Below are positions 36,755 through 44,931 of a stretch of 64,000 nt of DNA, in pieces. The DNA is from Candidatus Latescibacterota bacterium. Its GTDB lineage: Bacteria; Latescibacterota; UBA2968; GCA-2709665. The stretch is taken from the NCBI GenBank assembly GCA_965208835.1, contig OZ242358.1, forward strand, positions 3,736,433-3,800,432, in the 5' to 3' direction. Position numbers and translations under genes: made by a program. Numbering within the stretch: the stretch's first letter is position 1; each line of letters opens with the position of its first letter. The notes under the pieces are model-generated. The model was not told the origin of the DNA. It saw nothing but the letters and a program-made list of their open reading frames with translations, and did not search any database.

Positions 36755-36908
36755 TTTGTGATTTGCCCGGAACGGCCGGTATTTCGAAGAGAACCATCGG
36801 TCACCGGCGGATGATTTCGACGACCATCCGCAACGTGTTTCATGCTGAGAACGCGCCGATGTGCCTGAACGCGATTCAATCCCCGCCAGGCCCGCTATCG
36901 GGCTTTTT
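36755..36908 (+). ncRNA. Candidate small RNA or terminating leader (unclassified)
   Basis: Bracketed by the promoter-like site above and an intrinsic terminator. Internal hairpins: CCGGT...ACCGG (36777-36806) and GCGGATG...CATCCGC (36807-36831). No convincing ORF with an RBS. Confidence 0.3.
36888..36908 (+). terminator. Rho-independent terminator with no upstream plus-strand CDS
   Basis: GGCCCG-CTAT-CGGGC followed by TTTTTG. The stem could extend by A-U and G-U pairs. Confidence 0.5.
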
Positions 36909-36961
36909 GCCATGGTTCGTCGATAGAGTCAAGACGCCCGAAACGTAGTCCTCGTTACCCT

Positions 36962-37123
36962 GAAGCTGTCTTAAAATTCCCAGCGGTCTTCGCGCGGCTG
37001 CAAAAGCGCCGGTCAGCGTTGGTCAAATCCACCCGTATAGACAAATATGGTCGGATTTTCCCGCCTTGACCGCCACTTTTTCGCTCACGCTCGGGAACTC
37101 ACCGGTAATTTTAAAACAGCTTC
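36962..37123 (+). repeat. Family-2 palindromic repeat, copy 2b (162 bp, short variant)
   Basis: Same termini as 2a. The right end is 22 nt upstream of the ATG at 37146. Confidence 0.8.
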
Positions 37124-37145
37124 TCTCAAGATTCAGGAGTTGAAA

Positions 37146-40100
37146 ATGCTGCGCAAACTAGGCGGCGTGATTCTCTGGCTGATCGCAATCTTTATGCTTT
37201 CGTCGGTTACCGTGTTCAACCCGGGACAGGTAACCGACTTTTTTGTTCGTGTGTTCAATATCAAGCCAAGTGTTCCGCAGTTGCGCGAGGAAAAACCCTC
37301 CCATAGAGACGAAAGCATTCAGGATTTCGCCGATCAGATCTCAGAGGAGCGTCTTCAGGAAACTGTATCTGCTCTCACTGGATTGGGATCTCGCGTGCCG
37401 GGGTATCCGGGGCACAGGAAGGCATTTGAATACGTCAAGAGCCGTTTCCAGGCGCTGGGCCTGGACGACATAACGGTCGAGGAACACCACGTTACGGTAC
37501 CTATCGACAAGGGCGCGAAACTGGAGATCCTGGACTCCGGTGTGAAGATCCGGCTTTACGGACTCTGGCCCAATCATGTACAGACACCTTCCCTGCCGGA
37601 ACAAGGCGTTACCGGCGCACTGATCGACGCGGGAGACGGCTCCTTCAAAGCGTTGAATTCGAAACCTGTGAAAAACAGCATTGCATTGATGCAGTTCGAT
37701 TGCGGACAGAACTACCTCAATCCCCGCATGCTGGGTGCGCAGGCTGTCATCTTCTACGATAACGGCGGCGTGAGCAGAGGACAGGCACTGGAGAAAATCC
37801 TCCAGGTGCCGGTGGACGTGCCGAGGTTCTGGGTGAAAAGAGACGACGCGGTCCGTCTTGTTTCACTTGCGGAGTCCGGCACCGCGCTCGTGAACGTCAC
37901 GTCGAGGATGGACTGGGAAAAGGTCCCCACGTGGAACATCTACGCCACACTGCCCGGCTCCGATGAATACGTTACTGAGCGTGAAGAACGGAAGTGGAAG
38001 GACGAGATGGTCGTCCTGAGTTCATTTTACGACGCCATTTCCGTCGTGCCTGCACTGGCCCCGGGCGCGGAGAACGCCACAGGGCTGGCTGCCCTTCTGG
38101 AAGTCGCGGCTGCGTTGAAAGACCAATCCTGGCTGGGCGCTTCCTCCCGACTGCCGCAGCTGCCGAGGTATACGGTAAAATTCCTGGTAACGGGCGCACA
38201 TTTCCAGGGGTTGGCCGGCATCAATGATTTTCTGTTCAGGCATTCCAGGGAAAGCGACCACTTCCGGGAGAAAATTCCGGACGGACAGAAGATCGACTTC
38301 CGTCTCTACGTCGGGTTCGACCTGTCGAGTGAAACGGACCAGATCGCCAGTTTCTCCCACGGTACGTTCATCAACCCGAACTGGTCAACGAACAACTACG
38401 AAAACAACCTGCTTGCACCCTATGCCAAGAAGTTCAACAAATACCTTGCCAAAGTCTATCCCGGCGAGGAGCGCCACGTCGACGCCGTCGCGCCGCCGAA
38501 GCGAACCTGGAAGAACTACATGCCCATCCGTCTGGGATTCGACAGTGAAGCGGTCAAATTCGTCGGCAAGGAAGGAATTACGCTGGCCAGCCCTTCCACA
38601 ACCCGCGAAAAGGTGGATACGCCCGCCGACCAGGTGGAATTCGTCAACTTCTCCAACCTGGCCCACCAGACACGTACAGCAACAGGCATGCTGCTGAAGG
38701 CGTTGGAAGATCCCGAATTCTTCCGGGTGTCCAAACTCAAGCTTCAGGACCTTGGTCACAGCATGAAGGGGCGAATTCTCTGGTTCGAACGGGATGCCGA
38801 TTTCGCGATTCCGCGCGTACCGGTACCGGGGGCGATCGTCACCTACCAGCAGCCCGGTCCGGTTGCGAGCTGCGGCGGGGTCCGAACATTGATTGTGGAT
38901 AAGACCACCCAGGGCCCCAGGTACATCAGTGATCGCTCCACGGGGCCTATGTTCGGAACCAAGGCGGAAGTCGAAGCCACAGGGCGGTTCCGCTTCGACA
39001 TCATGCGTAACCGGTTTACAAATCAGATACTGGCATACGAAATCGACGATCGCGGCAGAATCACCTCGGCGCCGGACCTGGGCACGGAAGGGGAGGAAAA
39101 GTTCCCGACAAGGCAGGGCTATGGATGGTGGGAAAACGAGATGCTGGCGGTCCTTTTCAAGTGCCGGTCTCTCAGCGTGTTTGAAATCATCGATTCCAGT
39201 TACCTTTCCGCGCTCGATTTCATGACCGTGTTGAATGCGGGCGATTCCCAGCCGATGGAATACGGCTATTATTACATTGAAAATCAGAGTATCAAGGAAG
39301 GCGATGTCACACGGGCAGCGGTGGCGTTTACGGCCATGAACCCCACTACCGACCGTCCCGACCCCATCAAGATTCTGATGAGTACAGGCCTTTTTGGCGT
39401 GAAATACCTGCTGACCAACGCACCTGAGGAGTTGCTGGAACAACCCGTGGACAAGTGGGATGTGGACGATGAGTTGCTGGAGCGGTCCCGGGGCGCAGGA
39501 TATCCGCCTGGCATAATCCTGTATCCTTCCTACAAGGCCGCCAAGGATATGTGGGTGGTCGACGATATCAGGATGAAGCAGCTTGCCCAGTACGGAATTA
39601 CCAACGCACGGCTGGAGAAGTTGCACACGCATGCGGCCGACGCGCTGAAGAAGGCGCGCGAGAATCTGGCCAGCCACGACTACGAAGGATTTATTGCCGC
39701 GTCCAGAGAGGCGTGGGGCCTGGAAGCACGGGGATACCCCGAGGTCATGTCAACCGCAAACGACACGGTGCGCGGGATCATCTTTTATTTCATTCTCCTG
39801 CTTCCGTTCTCCTTCTTCTGCGAACGGCTGCTTTTCGGATTCCCGGATATCACCCGCCGTCTGGTCGGCTTTGCAGGAATCTTCGTGCTGTTTTTCATTA
39901 TCCTCCGATACGTGCATCCGGCCTTCAAGCTGAGCAGCACGCCCTACATCATCTTCCTGGCATTTGTAATCATGGCCCTGGGCGGCATTGCAATGTTCAT
40001 TGTCGTTTCCAAATTCGGCGAGGAAGTCAGGAAGATGAAACAGGCCTCGGCGGGCACGTACGAGGCGGATGTGGGTCGGTTGAGCGCGACTGCCGCTTCC

Positions 40101-41942
40101 ATCATTCTGGGCATTTCCAATCTGCGAAAACGACCCCTCCGTACCGGGCTGACGGCGATCACCCTGACGTTGCTTACGTTCACCGCCCTGTCGTTTACAT
40201 CGGTGCAGACTTCCATCAAATTCTATCGCCTGCCGAGGGACAACCAGCCGCCGTACCCTGGCGGCCTGGTACGGGATCGATCCTGGAGGGGATTGCAGGA
40301 ATCCGTACTTCAGTACCTGACCAGCGCTTTCAAGGGCCGTGCGACCATTGTTCCCCGTGCGTGGTATCTTTCGCAGGTTCGCGGGGAACGGGCGTACGTC
40401 AATTTCTCGCGGATCACGGATCAGACTTCCTACCTGGGCTCAAGAGATACCTATGTCGATTTCGACGTGGGCATCACCACCGGAAAGGACAGCTTCGTAA
40501 ACGGCTTGCTGGGGCTTACCGCGGAAGAACCTGAAATCACCGGCGTCGACCGATACCTGATCAGCGGAAGATGGTTTGTCCCCGGAGAGACGAATGTGTG
40601 TATTCTCCCGAACGATCTCGCGGAACTGGTGGGAATCTTCCCTGAAGACGCCGGGAGTGCGAAAATCGAGATGCTGGGCGGCGTCTTCACCGTGATTGGA
40701 ATCATGGATTCCGAGGGATTCAACAAATACAAGGACATGGACGACGAGAAGCTGACGCCGGTGGATACGGTAAAGGAGAAGGACGACCTGGCGGACGCTC
40801 AGGACCAGGACCCGCGAGTCGTCGCTGCGGCTCCGATCGAGACGTTTACGCATCTGGAGTCGACCAACGTGATGATATTGCCTTATGATTACGTCCGCAA
40901 TATCGGAGGCACTCTGAATTCCGTCGCATTAGCGAACTTCGTGGACGCCCAGGGCAATCCCAGGTCGAACTTCCTGCCTGATGTCGAGGAATTCATGACA
41001 CGGGTTTCTTTGACTATGTTTGTGGGCCACGAAAACAAGGTCACGGTGTACAGTTCCATCGGTTCAACGTCTCTATCGGGATTGGGCACGCTCTTCATTC
41101 CGATTCTGATTGCCGCATTGATCGTGCTGAATACGATGATGGGCGCGGTGTACGAACGGTTCAACGAGATCGGGATTTACTCGGCGGTCGGGCTGGCGCC
41201 CAATCACATTGCGGCGCTGTTTCTGGCGGAAGCGACCGTATTCGCCACGGTGGGCGCCGTGTTCGGATATCTGATTGGACAAGTGCTTGTTCTCGTGCTG
41301 TTTACCCAGGCGCAGGCGCAGGGACAACTGCTCAGCCTCGAATTGAACTATTCTTCGTTGTCAGCCATTTCGTCCACATTAATTGTCATGGCTACGGTAT
41401 TCCTCTCTACACTGTACCCTGCCAAAAAAGCCGCGGATATGGCCGTGCCTGATGTGACCCGAAAGTGGGAGTTTCCGGAGCCCGAGGGCGACAGATGGGT
41501 ATTCGATTTTCCGTTTACCGTTGGCGGCGCGGAAGTATTGGGAATGTACACGTATCTGACACGCGTCTTCGAGTCATACGGCGAGGGTTCCGTAGGCGAC
41601 TTTGTGGCCGATTACGTCCGTTTCACTTCGCAGGACATGCAGGGTGAGCCACAATATGAGATCAACCTCACGTGCTGGCTTGCGCCATACGACCTGGGCA
41701 TCAGCCAGGAGGTGGCGCTGCTGGCCATTCCAACGAGAGAACACAATATTTACAAGATTGAGGTCGTCATCAACCGGCTCAGCGGTGACGTGGCCTCGTG
41801 GAAACGCATCAACAGGGGTTTCCTGAACGTCCTCCGGAAGCGATTCCTGGTCTGGCGCACCATTCCACCCGAACTGAAGCACCAGTACGCGGACGAGGGC
41901 AACCGCATTCTGTCAGACACGGTAGAAGAAGCGGCAGTATAG
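37146..41942 (+). CDS. Giant membrane protein: N-terminal anchor + M28B/PA (transferrin-receptor-like, apparently inactive) ectodomain + FtsX/MacB-type permease + C-terminal cytoplasmic domain
   Basis: The ORF track starts at 37047 inside repeat 2b. The ATG at 37146 (MLRKLGGVILWLIAIFML) follows CAGGAG. PA-like VTGALIDAGDG...IALMQFDCGQNY...GAQAVIFYD. M28-like VVLSSFYDAIS..APGAENATGLAALLEVA..FLVTGAHFQGLAGINDF. FtsX motifs LRKRPLRTGLTAITLTLLTF and MGAVYERFNEIGIYSAVGLAPNHIAALFLAEA. Confidence 0.7.
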   Translation: MLRKLGGVILWLIAIFMLSSVTVFNPGQVTDFFVRVFNIKPSVPQLREEKPSHRDESIQDFADQISEERLQETVSALTGLGSRVPGYPGHRKAFEYVKSRFQALGLDDITVEEHHVTVPIDKGAKLEILDSGVKIRLYGLWPNHVQTPSLPEQGVTGALIDAGDGSFKALNSKPVKNSIALMQFDCGQNYLNPRMLGAQAVIFYDNGGVSRGQALEKILQVPVDVPRFWVKRDDAVRLVSLAESGTALVNVTSRMDWEKVPTWNIYATLPGSDEYVTEREERKWKDEMVVLSSFYDAISVVPALAPGAENATGLAALLEVAAALKDQSWLGASSRLPQLPRYTVKFLVTGAHFQGLAGINDFLFRHSRESDHFREKIPDGQKIDFRLYVGFDLSSETDQIASFSHGTFINPNWSTNNYENNLLAPYAKKFNKYLAKVYPGEERHVDAVAPPKRTWKNYMPIRLGFDSEAVKFVGKEGITLASPSTTREKVDTPADQVEFVNFSNLAHQTRTATGMLLKALEDPEFFRVSKLKLQDLGHSMKGRILWFERDADFAIPRVPVPGAIVTYQQPGPVASCGGVRTLIVDKTTQGPRYISDRSTGPMFGTKAEVEATGRFRFDIMRNRFTNQILAYEIDDRGRITSAPDLGTEGEEKFPTRQGYGWWENEMLAVLFKCRSLSVFEIIDSSYLSALDFMTVLNAGDSQPMEYGYYYIENQSIKEGDVTRAAVAFTAMNPTTDRPDPIKILMSTGLFGVKYLLTNAPEELLEQPVDKWDVDDELLERSRGAGYPPGIILYPSYKAAKDMWVVDDIRMKQLAQYGITNARLEKLHTHAADALKKARENLASHDYEGFIAASREAWGLEARGYPEVMSTANDTVRGIIFYFILLLPFSFFCERLLFGFPDITRRLVGFAGIFVLFFIILRYVHPAFKLSSTPYIIFLAFVIMALGGIAMFIVVSKFGEEVRKMKQASAGTYEADVGRLSATAASIILGISNLRKRPLRTGLTAITLTLLTFTALSFTSVQTSIKFYRLPRDNQPPYPGGLVRDRSWRGLQESVLQYLTSAFKGRATIVPRAWYLSQVRGERAYVNFSRITDQTSYLGSRDTYVDFDVGITTGKDSFVNGLLGLTAEEPEITGVDRYLISGRWFVPGETNVCILPNDLAELVGIFPEDAGSAKIEMLGGVFTVIGIMDSEGFNKYKDMDDEKLTPVDTVKEKDDLADAQDQDPRVVAAAPIETFTHLESTNVMILPYDYVRNIGGTLNSVALANFVDAQGNPRSNFLPDVEEFMTRVSLTMFVGHENKVTVYSSIGSTSLSGLGTLFIPILIAALIVLNTMMGAVYERFNEIGIYSAVGLAPNHIAALFLAEATVFATVGAVFGYLIGQVLVLVLFTQAQAQGQLLSLELNYSSLSAISSTLIVMATVFLSTLYPAKKAADMAVPDVTRKWEFPEPEGDRWVFDFPFTVGGAEVLGMYTYLTRVFESYGEGSVGDFVADYVRFTSQDMQGEPQYEINLTCWLAPYDLGISQEVALLAIPTREHNIYKIEVVINRLSGDVASWKRINRGFLNVLRKRFLVWRTIPPELKHQYADEGNRILSDTVEEAAV

Positions 41943-42011
41943 GAAGTATACGCTCCGGATCGCGGGCAACCGGCGGGTTGACCCTCGACTCTCTGCTCCC
42001 AACGAGGAGGG

Positions 42012-44066
42012 GTGGTTTTGGCAATCGAACCCAAAGACCCTAGAGAAGAGCAGGAACAGTACGAAAACATCATGCCGGTCGATGCGCCGTTCGAAGATGG
42101 CTTCAATATGAAGACCCTGTGGGCGACGCTTTTTGTGGGCCTGGTGATGCTGCCCGGTGCAATCTATCTTGGCCTGGTTACCGGACAGAACATGGCGGGT
42201 GCGTCCGAATGGGTGACCATCATCCTCTTCCTGGAAATCGCCAAAAGGTCCTTCGTGAGGCTGAAGACGCAGGAGGTCCTGGTCATCTACTGGGTTGCCG
42301 GCGGATTGCTGGGCGTGGGCGTCCGGTTGGGCAGCGCGGCACTGGTGTATGGAGGGCCGTTCGGCGGATTGATCTGGGATCAATACCTGATCCAGTCCCC
42401 GGCCGCCAGAGGGCTTGCGGATTTCATACCGGACTGGGTGGTTCCCCGGATCAGCGAACATCCGGAGATTTACGCGGAACGTACGTTCCTGCACGCCGCG
42501 TGGTTGAAGCCGATCGGCATCCTCGTCGCATTGACACTGTTAAGCAATACCGCGAGACTGTCGCTTGGGTACGTGATGTTTCGCATTACGAGCGACATCG
42601 AACGGTTGCCGTTTCCGCTGGCTCCAGTCCAGGCCCGCGGGGCCACCGCGCTCGCCGAAACGTCGGCCAAACAGGAAGGCTGGAGATGGCGGGTATTCAG
42701 TACAGGAGCGTGTATCGGATTGGTCTGGGGCCTTCTGTATGTCGTGGTCCCGACACTGTCCAGCATATTCCTGACCGATACGGTCCAGATCCTTCCCATT
42801 CCCTGGATCGATTTCACGGAACAGATCAAGACCATCCTGCCCGCTGCGCTGTTTGGAATAGCAACCGACCTGGGCCACCTGATCGTCGGGTTCGTTTTGC
42901 CGTTCTGGGTGGTTATCGGGTCGTTCGCCGGCGCCGTCCTTGGAAACCTGGTTGTCAATCCGTTTCTGTACAGATGGGAAATCCTGGACCGCTGGTCCGC
43001 GGGCATGACGGCGATCCCGACTTCGATCTCCAACCAGTTCGACTTCTGGCTCAGCTTTGGGATCGGCACTTCGTTCGTCATCGCGTTCACTGGATTCTAC
43101 CAGGTGTTTCGGGTGCTTATGGAACAGCGCCGTCAGAAGCAGCAAACGGGGCATCATACGTCCGGTATCGACCTCGAGGACCTTCCGAAGGGCCGGTCGG
43201 ATATGAAGATGATTTACCCTATTCTGTTCTGGGGCGCCGCCACATTGGGCTTTATCGTGATGTGCCAGATGCTGGTTCCCGAGTTCCACTGGGGCTGGGT
43301 CGTGTTCTTCGGACTCATTTACACGCCGATTTCTTCTTATATCGGCGCGCGCATGATCGGCCTGACGGGAAGCCCGTACGGGGCGAGTATCCCCTATTTA
43401 CGGGAAGCGGGAATACTTCTTTCCGGATACAAGGGCGTCGCGGTCTGGTTCGCCCCCCTTCCGCTGCACGACCACGGCCTGGCCGTGCCTACCTACAAAC
43501 AGATGGAACTCACGAAAACGAAATTTGTCAGTTACGTGAAATTGACCGCGGTGACCATGGTGGTCATTTTCATCTTCAGCTTCATCTTCTGGGAATTCAT
43601 CTGGCGACTTGGACCCATTCCCTCATCCAGCTATTACTATGTGCAGACATTCTGGCCATACGACGCCACAATGACCACGATGTGGCTAAAGTCGACAATG
43701 CCGGACCTCGAAGGGCAAGGGACCGTCGGCGTCGAACTCCTCAAAGATATTATCAAACCGGAACTCATCGGCGCCGGATTCGCCGTTGGCGGCCTCATGT
43801 ATCTCATTCTGGCCGCGCTGAAAGCGCCTACGCTGTTCTTTTTCGGCTTCGTGGGCTCGCTTGCAACATGGCCGCATTTCGTGATCCTGCAGTTTGCCGG
43901 CGCACTGCTTGGACGTTTCTATTTCGCCAGGCGTTTCGGCGAATCCAAGTGGCGGGCGTACGCACCCATTCTGCTGGCAGGATATTACTGTGGCATGGGG
44001 CTCATCGGGATGACTTCGGTTTCCGTTGTGCTGATTTCAAAGGCCGTCTCCCAGGTCGTATTCTAG
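42012..44066 (+). CDS. Polytopic (12 or more TM) membrane protein ('P2'), paralog of 4982..6949
   Basis: 684 aa. The GTG at 42012 directly abuts GAGGAGG, so the TTG at 42018 has better spacing. Motifs FIPDWVVPR and FRITSDIERLPFPLAPV parallel IPHWLAPR and QWMESERISFPILRPV in P1. Confidence 0.65.
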   Translation: MVLAIEPKDPREEQEQYENIMPVDAPFEDGFNMKTLWATLFVGLVMLPGAIYLGLVTGQNMAGASEWVTIILFLEIAKRSFVRLKTQEVLVIYWVAGGLLGVGVRLGSAALVYGGPFGGLIWDQYLIQSPAARGLADFIPDWVVPRISEHPEIYAERTFLHAAWLKPIGILVALTLLSNTARLSLGYVMFRITSDIERLPFPLAPVQARGATALAETSAKQEGWRWRVFSTGACIGLVWGLLYVVVPTLSSIFLTDTVQILPIPWIDFTEQIKTILPAALFGIATDLGHLIVGFVLPFWVVIGSFAGAVLGNLVVNPFLYRWEILDRWSAGMTAIPTSISNQFDFWLSFGIGTSFVIAFTGFYQVFRVLMEQRRQKQQTGHHTSGIDLEDLPKGRSDMKMIYPILFWGAATLGFIVMCQMLVPEFHWGWVVFFGLIYTPISSYIGARMIGLTGSPYGASIPYLREAGILLSGYKGVAVWFAPLPLHDHGLAVPTYKQMELTKTKFVSYVKLTAVTMVVIFIFSFIFWEFIWRLGPIPSSSYYYVQTFWPYDATMTTMWLKSTMPDLEGQGTVGVELLKDIIKPELIGAGFAVGGLMYLILAALKAPTLFFFGFVGSLATWPHFVILQFAGALLGRFYFARRFGESKWRAYAPILLAGYYCGMGLIGMTSVSVVLISKAVSQVVF

Positions 44067-44221
44067 TGTTCTGTCCCAAAAATATCTAACCATTCAGCCG
44101 CCGATTCATCCCGTCTCGCGGCGTTGCCTTCCCTCGCCGACCTTCCGCAGGTCGGAGGCGCCTTGCGAGCCGGGCGACTCGACAGCTGAATTTAGGCAAC
44201 CTATTTCCGGGACAGAACACT
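44065..44221. repeat. Singleton 157-bp long palindrome abutting the P2 stop codon
   Basis: AGTGTTCTGTCCC (44065-44077) pairs with GGGACAGAACACT (44209-44221). Inner pairs are ATTCAGC/GCTGAAT and a central CGACCT-TCCGC-AGGTCG. Confidence 0.6.
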
Positions 44222-44223
44222 GG

Positions 44224-44322
44224 CAGTCCTTTGATAAAGTCGCTCTGTAGGCGAGGCCGCGCAATGCAGTATTTCGACCGCAAGGGCCGGCCGCAGCCCG
44301 GATGGGCTCTTTCAACGGGCTG
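44224..44322 (-). repeat. Family-1 repeat, copy g (99-bp internal-deletion subfamily, reverse orientation)
   Basis: Runs CAGTCCTTTGATAAAGTCGCTCTGTAGGCGAGGCCGCGCAATGCAGTATTTCGACCG...CAACGGGCTG, with the same junction type as copy f. Confidence 0.75.
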
Positions 44323-44451
44323 CCAGCCTGGAAGCCTGTGTTGTATGACGGAACGCCGCCCGGATCCCGGCTGTCTAAGGAACACCCAAGACGCCTGATC
44401 CGGGCCGAATTTCATCCGCCTGGACCGGATTTCAACCACAGGGAGGTTTCA

Positions 44452-44925
44452 ATGAAGCGGGGCGAAAGAATTACGGGACTTTCGCTGATTGCCTTTGTCG
44501 TATTGGCGCTTACCATGGATGCAGCGGCACAGCCCGATCGCAGGGGCGGACGGGAACGGGGACGGCGCGGGGGCGCGGCCCGGATGCGAATGATGTTGCC
44601 CCTGGAGCAGACGTTGAGCTTTCTGGCTTTCGACGAAAAGATAGCGTTGAAGGACGACCAACTGATTAAGATCAGAAAAGCTCTAATGGAGATTCATGGA
44701 AGCCGGGCCGAACTGCTGAAAGAAATGCGGAACGGCGCCGACCGGCAGCAAATCATGGAGAAGCTCGGCCGCCTTCGCAGTTCAATGTTCGAGAAGGTCA
44801 AGGCGGTGCTGGACGACAAACAGGATGAAGTTCTGGATGGCTATCTGGAGAGGATGCGGCGAGGGTTTCAACGTGGACGCGGCGGCGGCCGGCGGAGTGG
44901 CGGTCCGCCGGGCGGCGGTGTTTGA
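44452..44925 (+). CDS. Periplasmic Spy/CpxP-like (LTXXQ-type) protein with Arg/Gly-rich ends
   Basis: ATG at 44452 follows GGGAGG. Signal peptide LSLIAFVVLALTMDAAAQ. LKDDQ and LDDKQ are LTXXQ-like motifs in helical segments. Confidence 0.45.
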   Translation: MKRGERITGLSLIAFVVLALTMDAAAQPDRRGGRERGRRGGAARMRMMLPLEQTLSFLAFDEKIALKDDQLIKIRKALMEIHGSRAELLKEMRNGADRQQIMEKLGRLRSSMFEKVKAVLDDKQDEVLDGYLERMRRGFQRGRGGGRRSGGPPGGGV

Positions 44926-44931
44926 GGTCTT

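Noticed and set aside
36750-36910. TPP-riboswitch-like (CTGAGA ... CCTGAAC ... CCCGCCAGG) and cobalamin-like (CCGCAACGTG) fragments in the candidate leader
   Set aside because: Only short fragments match. The GGGGUGC/ACCC P2 pairing and the UAAU-CC-GCG-AGGGA core of TPP elements are absent, as are the B12 box and GGUG..CC core of cobalamin elements. The downstream genes are unrelated to either cofactor.
37047-37145. N-terminal extension MVGFSRLDRHFFAHARELTGNFKTASLKIQELK of the giant protein. The related peptides MGLTNADWRFCSRAKTAGNFKTAS occur at 31942..32226, 48331..48552 and 49912..50124.
   Set aside because: These are translations of family-2 repeat DNA. The real start at 37146 has its own RBS and a signal-anchor sequence.
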